Origin: Selaginella moellendorffii
Lineage: Eukaryota > Plantae > Lycopodiophyta
DNA length: 64,000 nt
Reading direction: 5' to 3'
Assembly: GCF_000143415.4 (NCBI RefSeq)
Contig: NW_003314305.1
Span: forward strand, 619,709-683,708
Shown here: piece by piece, positions 28,730 through 39,388 of the stretch
Numbering within the stretch: the stretch's first letter is position 1
How the letters are laid out: every line of letters starts with the position of its first letter
The notes under the pieces: generated by a model
Seen by the model: only the letters and a program-made list of their open reading frames with translations
What the model was told of the DNA's origin: nothing
The model's database searches: none
Translations under genes and position numbers: made by a program

Positions 28730-30610
28730 ATGGACAAGAACGAGTGCCTCAAGCTCATCTTGGCGTGCAAATCCCTCCCAGCCGCCAAGGAGATCGATCG
28801 CAAGCTCCAGCCAGACCTAGTTCTTCCCCAAGATCTCTTCCTCCACAACAAGCTCATAGAGATGTATGGCAAATGCGGTAGCGCCCACCACGCCCTAGAA
28901 ATCTTCCACTCCATGTCATACAAGAACTCCTTTACCTGGGATATGACCCTCTTTGCGTGCTCCAGAAATGGGCATCTGGACGATGCCCAGAGGATATTCC
29001 AGGCAATGCCGCGGCACAATGTGGCGTCGTGTACCGCGATGCTTGCAGCATATGCCCACAACGGGCATATTCTCGAGGCCAAGGATGTCTTTGATTCCAT
29101 CCAGCAACCCGATCTCGCCGCGTGTAATGCCATGCTGGCGGCATATGCCCAGAACGGGCATGCTGAGCTGGCAAGCGCCCACTTCCGCCACATGGCCCAA
29201 TGGGACGTTGTCTCATGGACAACCGTGCTGTCCGCAGTTGCGCAGGAGGGGCATGTCATAGCCGCGAGGGAAATCTTCGATGACATGCCGTGCCGGAATC
29301 TCGTGTCGTGGACGGCCATGATGAACGCCTACGGCAGCACCGGCCAAATGGAGCGCGCCAAGTCGATGTTTGATGACATGGCGCTCCGGGACCTCGTGAC
29401 GTGGACTGCCATGGTGGCGGCATATGCCCGGGATGGGCATCCTGACGCGGCAAAGCAAATCTTTTCACAAATGCCAGAGTGGAACATGGTATCGTGGTCG
29501 GCCCTGCTAAACGCATATTCCCAGTCCGGCGCCACGGAATATGCCAAGACCCTGTTCGAGGAGATGCCGCAGCACAACTTAGTGACGTGGACGGCGCTGC
29601 TGTGCGTATACTCCCAGTCCTGGCATCTGGACGAAGCGCGAGAAATATTCCAGAAAATGCCCGAAAGAGACCAAGTTTCTTGGAACGCAATGCTGGCAGC
29701 ATTCTCGCAAAACGGATCAATCAGGGAATCTCAGTCGTGCTTTGATTCAATGCCGCAGCACAACCCAATCTCTTGGAGCTCGCTTCTCTCAGCATATGCC
29801 CAGTCCGGGCATCCCGAAGAATCGAAGAGAATTTTTGAGTCTATGCCGCAGCGAAGCCCCTCGTCCTGGATCTCGATGGTCGTCGCATATGCCCAGGCCG
29901 GGCACATCGACCACGCACAACATATGTTCGATGCAATGCCGCAGAGAGATCTCGTCGCATGGAACGCGATGCTCGCAGCGCACGCACTCAATGGTCGCAT
30001 CGAAGAAGTCGAGCGATTGTTTGAGCAAATGCCCGATCATGATCTTGTGTCATGGAACGCACTTCTCTCCTCGTATGCCCGGAACGGGCATATCGCCACG
30101 GCCAAGCGCATCTTTGATCGAATGCCCGAGGAGCGCAACCTTGTCTCCTGGAACTCGATGCTTGCCGCTTACACGTACAATGACCACTCGAGCGAAGCGC
30201 TCGATCTCTTTGCGGAAGGAAACGCGATCTTGCTTGACTCTCCGGATCGTCTCAGCTTCGTCTCGGTGCTCATCGCTTGCAGCCACCTGGGACGAGTTTT
30301 CCTGGCGAAGAGCTACTTTGCGTCGATGAGTGGCGACTTTGGCGTGCGGCCGGCGAGGCAGCACTACCGCTGCATGGTCGATCTCCTCGGCCGTGCTGGT
30401 TTTCTACGTGACGCCGAGAGCCTCGTCGCCACCATGCCGTTTGCTCCCGACTCTCTCGAGTGGAGGAGCTTGCTTGGAGCGTCGAGGAGCCACAGCGATG
30501 TCGATCATGGATCTCGAGCTGCGCAAGGAGTTCTCGATCTGGATCCGCGGGATGGAGCTGGCTACGTCCTCCTGGCCAACACCTTCGCCCTGCGAGACAA
30601 GCAAAGCTAA
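28730..30610 (+). CDS. PLS-class PPR protein (S/SS-rich array, E domain, no DYW); putative RNA-editing specificity factor
   Basis: First ATG at 28730 (MDKNECL); 31-aa repeats (DLVTWTAMVAAYARDGH..AAKQIFSQMPE); HYRCMVDLLGRAG.L.DAE.L..TMPFAPD..EWRSLLGA; YVLLAN. Confidence 0.92.
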   Translation: MDKNECLKLILACKSLPAAKEIDRKLQPDLVLPQDLFLHNKLIEMYGKCGSAHHALEIFHSMSYKNSFTWDMTLFACSRNGHLDDAQRIFQAMPRHNVASCTAMLAAYAHNGHILEAKDVFDSIQQPDLAACNAMLAAYAQNGHAELASAHFRHMAQWDVVSWTTVLSAVAQEGHVIAAREIFDDMPCRNLVSWTAMMNAYGSTGQMERAKSMFDDMALRDLVTWTAMVAAYARDGHPDAAKQIFSQMPEWNMVSWSALLNAYSQSGATEYAKTLFEEMPQHNLVTWTALLCVYSQSWHLDEAREIFQKMPERDQVSWNAMLAAFSQNGSIRESQSCFDSMPQHNPISWSSLLSAYAQSGHPEESKRIFESMPQRSPSSWISMVVAYAQAGHIDHAQHMFDAMPQRDLVAWNAMLAAHALNGRIEEVERLFEQMPDHDLVSWNALLSSYARNGHIATAKRIFDRMPEERNLVSWNSMLAAYTYNDHSSEALDLFAEGNAILLDSPDRLSFVSVLIACSHLGRVFLAKSYFASMSGDFGVRPARQHYRCMVDLLGRAGFLRDAESLVATMPFAPDSLEWRSLLGASRSHSDVDHGSRAAQGVLDLDPRDGAGYVLLANTFALRDKQS

Positions 30611-30646
30611 GTTACAACGTTTTCTTTCATCCATACCTGTGAATGA

Positions 30647-32323
30647 ATGGATCGAAAGGAGTGTCTCGAGCTCATTGAGTCTTGCCGGACGCTTCCCAAG
30701 GCCCGGGAGCTCCACGCTCGGATTCTCTCCAGCGGAGCCAGCCTCAGCTCCGACACTCTCATTCTCAACAAGCTCATCGAGATGTTCGGTGCTTGCGGCA
30801 GCATAGAGGACGCTTCCAAGATCTTCGCGTCCATGAACAACTCCAGGAACTCCTACTCTTGGGATTTTATGCTGGCCATCTTCTGCAGGAGCGGTGGAGC
30901 TGCAAATCTCTCCCGAGCCAAAGAACTTTACGACCAAATGCCGTCTCGGAGTTTGGTGGCCTCCACAACTATGCTGCTCGCGTATGCCCAGAACGGGCAT
31001 ATCGAAGAATCCAAAAAGGTCTTCGAAGGAATGCCGGGGAGGGACGTGATCTCCTGGAATGCCATGCTAGCTGCTTTCTCCGGTGCTGGAAGCCTGGAAG
31101 AGATGGAGCGAGTGTTTGCTGGTATGCCCGAGCCGGACTTGGTTTCATGGACCACCTTGCTCGCTGCGTATGCCCAGAGCGGGATCACCATAGCCGCCAA
31201 GAAAACTTTCGATGCTATGCCACAGCTGAATCTCGTTGCCTGGAATTCACTCCTGTCAGCCTATGGAAAGGGTGGTCAGATAGAAAACGCGAGAAGTACC
31301 TTTGAGGAGATGCCCGAGAGAGACCTCATCTCTTGGAACTCCATTCTTGGCGCTTGTGCCCAGATTGGTCATACCAAAGAAGCAAACGTCGTCTTTGCTG
31401 AGATGCCAAGGCGAGATCTGATATCCTGGACCACCATGCTCGTTGGTTATACCCAGCAGGAGAACTTAGCAGCGGCAAACCGAGTTTTCCAGAAAATGCC
31501 CCAGCATGATCTTGTTTCTTGCACCACTGTTCTTGCCGCAAATGCCCGAAACGGTCATCTGGAGAAATCGAAGCACCTGTTTGATCAAATGCCGCAGCGT
31601 GATGTGGTCTCCTGGAACGTCCTGCTGACAATGTACGGTGAGCATGAGCTCGCAAACGAAGCAAAGAAAATCTTCAAAGACATGCCGTACCATAGTCTCG
31701 CTTCCTGGAACTCACTCCTCTCGGCTCATCTCGTCGAGGGAGATTTCTACTCCGCCAGCCAGCTCTTTTCCCAAATGCCGCTCAAGGATTCCATATCCTG
31801 GACGACGATGCTACCTGCTCACGCCGGGAGAAACGATCGTCGCCTAGACACCACCAAGAAGCTGTTTGATACGATCCCATCACCGAGTCTGGTTTCCTGG
31901 AGTGTCCTGCTCAGCCTCTGTGCCCGGGAGAGGAACACGTTCCATTTCTTCCATGCGATGAAGCTTGTAGATGTTCCAGACGAGGCTTGCTTTCTCTCTG
32001 TCCTGCTCGCTTTCAGTCACGCCGGGGAAGTGTCCGAGTGTAGAGCCAACTTTATGTCGATGATCTCGGACTTTGGCATCCGGCCCACCAAGCAACACTA
32101 CTGGTGTATGATCGATGTTCTCGGGCGGGCGGGACGCTTGGTTGATGCTCGAGATCTCATCCTCTGCATGCCTTACATGCCAGATGCGTCCGAGTGGCGA
32201 TGCCTCCTTGCTGCCTGCAGGAGCCACAGAAACTATGAGGACGGAGCACTAGCTGCAAAGATGGTCAAGCAACTCGGCAAGCAAGATGCAGTAACTTACG
32301 TGTTCCTGGCAGGCAGCAAATGA
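30647..32323 (+). CDS. PLS-class PPR protein (S/SS-rich array, E domain, no DYW), tandem paralog
   Basis: MDRKECLELIESC start; 31-aa repeats; HYWCMIDVLGRAGRL.DARDLI..MPY.PD..EWRCLLAACRSH. Confidence 0.92.
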   Translation: MDRKECLELIESCRTLPKARELHARILSSGASLSSDTLILNKLIEMFGACGSIEDASKIFASMNNSRNSYSWDFMLAIFCRSGGAANLSRAKELYDQMPSRSLVASTTMLLAYAQNGHIEESKKVFEGMPGRDVISWNAMLAAFSGAGSLEEMERVFAGMPEPDLVSWTTLLAAYAQSGITIAAKKTFDAMPQLNLVAWNSLLSAYGKGGQIENARSTFEEMPERDLISWNSILGACAQIGHTKEANVVFAEMPRRDLISWTTMLVGYTQQENLAAANRVFQKMPQHDLVSCTTVLAANARNGHLEKSKHLFDQMPQRDVVSWNVLLTMYGEHELANEAKKIFKDMPYHSLASWNSLLSAHLVEGDFYSASQLFSQMPLKDSISWTTMLPAHAGRNDRRLDTTKKLFDTIPSPSLVSWSVLLSLCARERNTFHFFHAMKLVDVPDEACFLSVLLAFSHAGEVSECRANFMSMISDFGIRPTKQHYWCMIDVLGRAGRLVDARDLILCMPYMPDASEWRCLLAACRSHRNYEDGALAAKMVKQLGKQDAVTYVFLAGSK

Positions 32324-32384
32324 ATGAAACTTGTGAGAGCGAAAACGTACCTTGGTAGCTTTCACGGTGCTGCTGTTGACAAAC

Positions 32385-32601
32385 TTAGGCGGAACTGAAC
32401 TCTGCGAGCCACTTCTCGTGCCTTTCAATGTCTACCTTCGTACACTTCTTGAGATCTTGGACAGTGCCTCCTCAAAATCGCACATCGCATTTTCATGTTC
32501 TTTATCTCGTCCCTTGTCTTTGCAGCAATCTTTGACCGCATGCCATTCATGGATGCGTCTCGACAGATGTTCGTCAGGTCGTCTCCACTGTAGCCTTCTG
32601 T
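32385..32601 (-). pseudogene. Orphan katanin p60 C-terminal fragment with deletions and frameshifts
   Basis: Reads TEGYSGDDLTNICRDASMNGMRSKIAAKTRDEIKNMK / AMCDFEEALSKISRSV / DIERHEKWLAEFSSA*, the katanin p60 (KTN1) AAA-lid/Vps4_C end. Confidence 0.88.
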
Positions 32602-33114
32602 TCATTAGGTTACTTATTTGATATTAACATCTGCAGCCATATGGTGATACCAGGCATTGGAATAAAACAGGACTGAAAGTGCTCTTGTGAGTCTATACCT
32701 TCACGATCTTTAAGTTTATTCAAATTAATTCCCATCTGATTTCGTGGTTGGAAGAAATCCTTTACTCCAGCTAAGGTTGTCTGGAAAAAATCAAGCATCC
32801 AGAGAGGTCAAACCATGGTCCTCAAGCAGTCGTTTGTCTTGGGACACAAACCACAGGAATATTTTGAGATTATTTTATGGCCTCATTAAAGGTTAGCTTA
32901 AAGTTTGCTTCATTTATATCTAGTAGATCTTTGATATAGATCCTGATGTATCATTAATGATGATGGCTATAACAAAAAAGAAAAGACTCTTGATAATGTT
33001 ATCATGTGGCAAAAATGCTAAATTACTAAAGTTTAAAGCAACATTAAAAAGGTTAAAGATTTTACCAATTTTATTAAGGATTTCCAAATCAACCTTTAAA
33101 AGGCATTCCAGCTT

Positions 33115-34091
33115 TAAATCCCACAGATTATAAAATATTTTCAGAATATTCTTGTGGTTTATGTTATTCTTTTCTCCCTCATGAACCAGCCATGAACAGT
33201 AGTCTTGAGAAGCTAAATGAACCTTATAGAAGGGAGTTTGAGGCAATACAACCATGAAGAAAAGATGTGCAAATAGCAATACCAACATTGTAATAAACAG
33301 CCACAAAAGAAATAAATTAATACAGTCATAGAAATAAAAGAATGAGAATAAAACAAATGGCTCAAATTATATAATAATACAGCTATAGGACTCAATTCTC
33401 CCCTTCTTGAGGAATGTCATTCAACACTTGAAAGCACTCTCTTTATGTCATCTTTAGTTTCCCACATAGCTTCATCTATAAAATATCCATTCCACTAAAC
33501 AAACAATTTTTAACTTGTCTTTTAATGTGTTTTCAGCAATTTTTGAGCAAAAATATTAGCTACACCAGCCTTTTTAGCATCAATCTCTAAGACCTAGATG
33601 ATGAACTAATCCACGACATCACCAAAATGTAAACATGCTTCAAATTTGCTCACATGGAACATTGAATGAATCTTTAAACTATCTAACAAGTCCAAAGTGT
33701 AAGCAAGATCTCTCACATGCTGCAAAATTATCTAAAGCCCACAATACTATGAAGAAAACCTGAAGATGATGTGAAGAGAGTGTTTTCAAATTTTAGTTAT
33801 GACTTAGATGATATTCCCAAGAAAGGGGACAATTGAATTCTAAAGCCGTATTGTTATATAATTTGAGTTGTTTGTTATATTCTCATTCTTTTATTTTCAT
33901 AATTGTATTGTTATGTGAGAAATCTATATTGCTTTGACCTTTTGTCGCAATATTAATGTTGCTATTTGCACATCTTTTTTCTATGGTTGTATTGCATTAA
34001 ACTCCTTTTATGCAAAACTTATATAGGTTCTCAAAGTTGTCATTCATGAAGGAGAAATATTCTAAGAATATTTTATGACCTGTGGGATTTA
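33115..34091. repeat. Imperfect inverted repeat (arms about 33115-33420 and 33808-34091) in an AT-rich decayed ORF region
   Basis: For example aaagatgtgcaaatagcaa / ttgctatttgcacatcttt, ctcaaattatataa / ttatataatttgag, aaatcccacag / ctgtgggattt. Confidence 0.75.
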
Positions 34092-34092
34092 T

Positions 34093-34930
34093 GGTTAAGC
34101 AGATCAATTAGGCCATTTCCAGTACATTTGTCTAGGGCGTAGGACTATCCATTCAGTAACCCAGTATCAATCACAACCAAAATGATATCTCCAAACATTT
34201 CCAATGTCACCTCTTATGGTTTAGGTGTCCAAGGGGTACTTATATCATGGAAGATGAGGATTATCGCTAGCTCTATCTCTCATTTTTGTAAAGGTACAAA
34301 GCTAAGATTTAAGAATGAAATGAGGTTGTAAATGCATCTAAAGTAATCTTAGGATAGGTTTTTGCACTCTTCTATCTAATTAATACTACTGGTGGTATTG
34401 TCCTTGAGATTGATAATCTTATTGAGTGCTTCGTGGCAAATAGATTCCATCGATTTGCACTAAGACAATTTATCCTTCGTAGTCTAGACTAGATTATTTT
34501 GACTGGCCCATTAACACCAGTACAAACAGTGTTTAACATTCTCTTTAACATTTGGAGAGAACTGGCCAATCACCCACCACATCTTGATGATTTGGCAAAC
34601 TTAGACTGGGAATAGAAATTTCTATCCTTTACTCAATGCATTCCACTTTTTAGGCATTTTATTGAAACATAATAGATTCAATTTCTATGCCTTTTTGGAT
34701 AGAGAACAACAAAAGAACATGTTCCCTAAACTTACCATGAATTCTTTGGTTGCACTTAGAACAAATAGCATAAGTGAACCATTAATTAGATTTGTGTTCT
34801 ATTTGACAATTGGAAAATACAACACAAATTTCATATTCCCACAATAGGACAAACTCCATGGTTTGATAATAAAGGATTTTTTTTAAAAAAAGTCTTGTTT
34901 ACAGAAAACTCTATTATCCCATCAACATGA
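34093..34930 (+). mobile_element. Inverted, rearranged 3' fragments of the Penelope-like element
   Basis: 34093-34324 is the reverse complement of about 41766-42010, and 34326-34930 of about 42290-42896. The ORF KHNRFNFYAFLDREQQK mirrors KHNKFNFYAFLDREQQK. Confidence 0.75.
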
Positions 34931-36628
34931 TATGGGACATATGAGTAGACGTAGTATGGTAAAAAACAAAACTTTGGATTCTTTGCAGAATCTTGCGTTG
35001 AGAAACATGCTGTTTGGCTAGGCAAACCTAATTACAAGTTATATTTCTTCGACTTCATGGCCATGGAAAAGGTATGAAGCAATAGGGAAAACCTTAACAT
35101 TAGGGTTTTTAGCTTGTATCTGCCATTGCTGCATTCTCCAGGAGTGCATCCACAAGTAGAGCAAGTGGGCAACTGCAAGGTTGTGCACTGGCACAACCAC
35201 GTGCATTCCTCGCCCACACCAGGATCAACAGCTACTTTGTTGTGCATCACAAGAATGAGTAGTGCTAATGAAGTGTTTGTTTGGGTCTAGCTCAAAACGA
35301 GCTCACACCCACTACTAAGGTCGCAAGGAATCTTACTACCACTTTCTTGGCTGCACAAAAATAGGTACAAATGATTCAGTTTCTACATTTCTCTTCACCC
35401 CCAGCCTGTAAGAACTCTTTATGGCCAAAGCACCAAAACTTAATTCGGCAACACAAGGGGCTTTTATAGACTCTACTTAGGTAGTGTTTGTGATATTGAC
35501 TGATCCAATATCTAATTGCCCCCATAGAAAAAAGACAAAATGATAGTGACTGGACTAGATGGTGAAATTCATAAGGCAACGAAAAGCAATAAAGTTGAGC
35601 ATGTTCTCTAGATTTAGTCCTTGAAAGTCACTTGTGATTTGCAGCTCGGACATGTACCTGAGTACATTGGCTCACGAGCATCAGTCATGCAAGTAGGGTA
35701 ATTAGAATCTTGATGGATGTACATCGAGATTTGGAATGGAAGTGATTTGCACTTATTGTATTTTGTTGTTAGAAAAGTATCATCAACCCATATGATTTGG
35801 ATTTGAAGGCTCAAGAAATGAGCTGACAGATTTATGAGTAAGCCATTAGTGCCAATAAATGGATTTTCCATCTCATTTTGCATGGCAAGGAATCATAGTG
35901 GATATATCTAGAATGGATTTCCTTTTGATTTGATTTGATTAAAGTCAAGGAAGCGGAGGATCATAGGATTGTTCATCGATACAAGATCATCCATGTACCT
36001 AAATGTATATTTGAAAAGGCAGAGTAAATCATATCTGCCTAATCATGCAAGTCGAGTAAGAAAATTCTACTCAAAGTAAAAAAGGTACAAATTACACCAC
36101 AAAGATGAGCATGAGAAACCCATAGGGATTCCTCAAACCTATCTCTATACTCTGTTCCCCAAGTAGATGATGAAGTTGTTTAGTTTGATGACTTTCATTA
36201 GTTTCATTTTGGTAGCTTTTACGAATGAGTAGTGTAGAGGTTTCTATTCAGCCTCAAATTTGCCATTCTTATTTTGGATCAGAAAAAAAAAGGTCTTTTT
36301 GGAGGTGATTTTGGTGTGCGAAAGCTAAGTTGACAAGATGTGTCATAGGCATCATAAGGCCTTGGCTCCCTTCAAGGGAAATTATTTCACAGCACTTGGT
36401 TATATCTCTAGTATAGATCATTGTGATTCTATTAAGGGAATTTATTGTAAATTCTTGTGTAGATCCGAGTATTTAGCATGTGCTTATTTTTCCTCTAAAG
36501 AACTTTGCCTTTTAGGATAGCTGTTAGGATTATTGTGATTTCCAAGAAAACACATCCATCCACATTTATTAACCAGTGCATCTTGTTTTTATGCACTTTG
36601 TAGATTTCCATAAATATGGGAGATTTGG

Positions 36629-39388
36629 TGTAGTGCACCTGAATTTGGAGCCGAACTCCAAACCCGTTGCACTACGAAACGAGGGTCCGTTACAATCCCA
36701 CAAGCACCAACTCCCCGTATCCAGCACTTGCATGCAAAATGGTGTTAGACAGAGTCTGGCACAATTTTGGCATACCGGTGGCCTAACGCGAGGAGGAGGG
36801 TACCCCACCGACTAGAGTAGCGTGGAGCTTGGGCTTAGACCCAAGCCGGACACAGAACAAGGAGCGACACAGTTCAACGGGAGCCAAACTAATATCTCAG
36901 GTGGTCGGACATGCATTCCAACCACTATCCCTATTATATATTTGGAACCCCCTACAGCCCCCCCCCCCCCCCTCCCCTTAGGGAACACACGCTTTGGGCT
37001 TTCACCCCAAGCCTCCCTTAGTCCTTAGTATCAGGAGTTAGTCTTTGGGACAAGCTCGAAACTTACTAAATATGGAATGGCACTAGTGTGAGACACAAAA
37101 TCCCTAGGCCCCAAAGTGGAGCCGGAAGGGCGCCACGTGGTAGTGGCCGAAGTGAGAGCCAAACAAGCGTAACACGTTTGGACCAAAAGCTCCGACTTGA
37201 AAAGTCAAGAGCGGGAGTGGAACTCCCAACGAAGTGCTCGAGGAACGAGCACGAAGCGAGCAAAAAGCGAGGCTCCAAAAAGGGACCCAAAAGGACCAAC
37301 ACATGACATGTGGAAGTGTCCGAGATGGACTCGAGTTGGAGTCCGAAGTGGAGTCCGAGATGGACCCGAGTTGGAGTCCGAAGTGGAGTCCGAGATGGAC
37401 CCGAGTTGGAGTCCGAAGTGGAGTCCGAGGTGGACCCGAGTTGGAGTCCGAAGTGGAGTCCGAGATGGACCCGACATGGAGTCCAAGATGGACCCGAGAT
37501 GGAGTCCGAGATGGACCCGAGAAGGAGTCCGAGATGGAGTCCGAGATGGACCCGAGATGGAGTCCGAGATGGACCCGAGATGGAGTCCGAGAAGGAGTCC
37601 GAGATGGACCGAGACGGAGTCCGATATGGAGTCTGAGATGGACCCAAGATGGGGTCCTAGATGGAGTCCGAGATGGACCGAGACGGAGTCCGATATGGAG
37701 TCCGAGATGGACCCGAGATGGGGTCTGAGATGGAGTCCGAGATGGACCCGAGATGGAGTCCGAGATGGAACCGAGACCGAGACCGAGACCGAGACCGAGT
37801 CCGAGTCCGAAACCGGGACCGAGTCCGAGTCCGAGTCCGAGTTCGAGCCCGAGTCCGAGTCCGAATACTAATACAGGCAGTTGGGTGAAAGCCCAAAGCG
37901 ATCGTCCCTCAGGGGGGGGGGGGGGGGGGGGGGCCTCCCGGGGGTTCCCAAAATTTAATAGGGAGAGGGGGGGGGTTGGACCCCCGGGGACCCCGGAAGG
38001 GCTTTTTTGGCCCCGGAAGGACCCTTTTGGTCCCGGAAGGCCATCCCCCGGGTTGGGGGATGAGCTGACCCCTGGGAAGTCCAAGACTAGAGTGAATACG
38101 GACCGACAAGCGGGGTAGCTTGGTGAAGTGTTCAAGAGCCGGCTCTAGTTCCCCCGGGAGATCGACTGGCCGATGCTCCCAATCCAAGTGTGGGTGGCAC
38201 TACCTACTTGGATACCTGGTGTGGCTCAACGGAACCCGCTCTAAGCCCATGGCTAGAGCACCCAAGGGCAGAAGGCGAGGAGAGTACCCAGGTGGCACGC
38301 ATAAGGCCACGGTGTTCCGAAATGTTATCCCAAAGGCCCAGACTGTGGAAAGGAAGAGGAGCAGTCCTCTGGGGTAGTGACCAAGGACACAGTCGTGTGG
38401 TGAGGAAGTCCCAGAGGACCGTGGGACTTAGTGGTCGGGCCTGTGGGTCTCACTCCAGTGGCAGTGTTGGCAAACACGGCCAGGGGCAGAAAGGGACTTA
38501 GTGGGGACTGACAGAGGGATATTGGGGAAGGCTATTCCCCTTGTCGGTGGGCATCCTAAGGATGCTAAGGAGTGGATCTGAGATGACCATTCACAGATGG
38601 TTTGCCTAGTCTTGGAGAGCCAAGACGGTGATGCAAGTGGTATTGGACTACCAGTGTGGCAAAGGTGATTGGGCATGGCCTTAGCGTAACGGGCTGCTAT
38701 GTCGGTGGTACCTTTGAGTGTCGGTCATGGGATCGGACACGTGGAGCACTTGGACCAAGTGCAAATGTTGAGTGGCATGGATGCCATTCTCGGGGCTAGC
38801 AAGTCCCAAGTCCTGGATTGGACTTATGGAGGTTGTGAATGAGACTCCTCCAAGTGGTCAGAGGTGTGGTTAAGTGACTAAAGTAGAATGGAAAATTTAG
38901 TCGCTTACAGCTAGATTGCGAATTTGGACACGGGACGAACACCATTGTGTTCAAGCCAATCTCTACATTCCGTAGATATGCTAAATAAGCAAATCTAGAC
39001 ACTTTCCATAATTAGCATTTGGAACCGAAATAAGACTAACACTAAAGGCATGATAGCGAGGGTGTTTGGCAGACACGGTAAACTATCATTTAGTGATATT
39101 GAGGGACTAGTCTCAATATGTGGGGGTTCTTGATACTAGCAAGTGCAAGCCAATGACAGGAGTTTCTCAAATTAGGCCGAGTATGCTTAGCAAGAAACAC
39201 ATAAGGTTCCTACCTTATGTTTATCCGATTTAAGTACATGGTTATTGACCAGTTTCTCAATTAGCTCAAGTGGGAACAATAAAGGGAACCAACTGTACCG
39301 ACCTTTTGCCGTCATGGTAGTAAGGAAAGAGTGTCCATAAGGACTGGCCAACAAATATCTTTCGATACCCGAAGTCACATTTGCGACA
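36629..39388. mobile_element. Solo LTR-like insertion (2760 bp), TGT...ACA ends, 5-bp TSD TTTGG
   Basis: agaTTTGG|tgtagtgca...ttgcgaca|TTTGGtcattgaggcggg. The paralogous empty site at about 43872-43897 (agatctagttattgaggtgggaaatc) joins both flanks with a single copy of the target. Confidence 0.88.
37315..37865 (+). repeat. Complex minisatellite (GAGTCCGAGATG / GACCCGAGATG units grading to GAGACC/GAGTCC hexamers) inside the solo LTR
   Basis: Read directly; followed by a G22 run at 37912-37933 and further G/C tracts. Confidence 0.92.

Noticed and set aside
26673-32227. Many antisense and alternative-frame ORFs over the PPR genes
   Set aside because: Shadow ORFs of GC-rich coding sequence.
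37066-38135. Long repetitive ORFs in several frames (SR/PS-rich)
   Set aside because: By-product of a stop-poor minisatellite inside the solo LTR.
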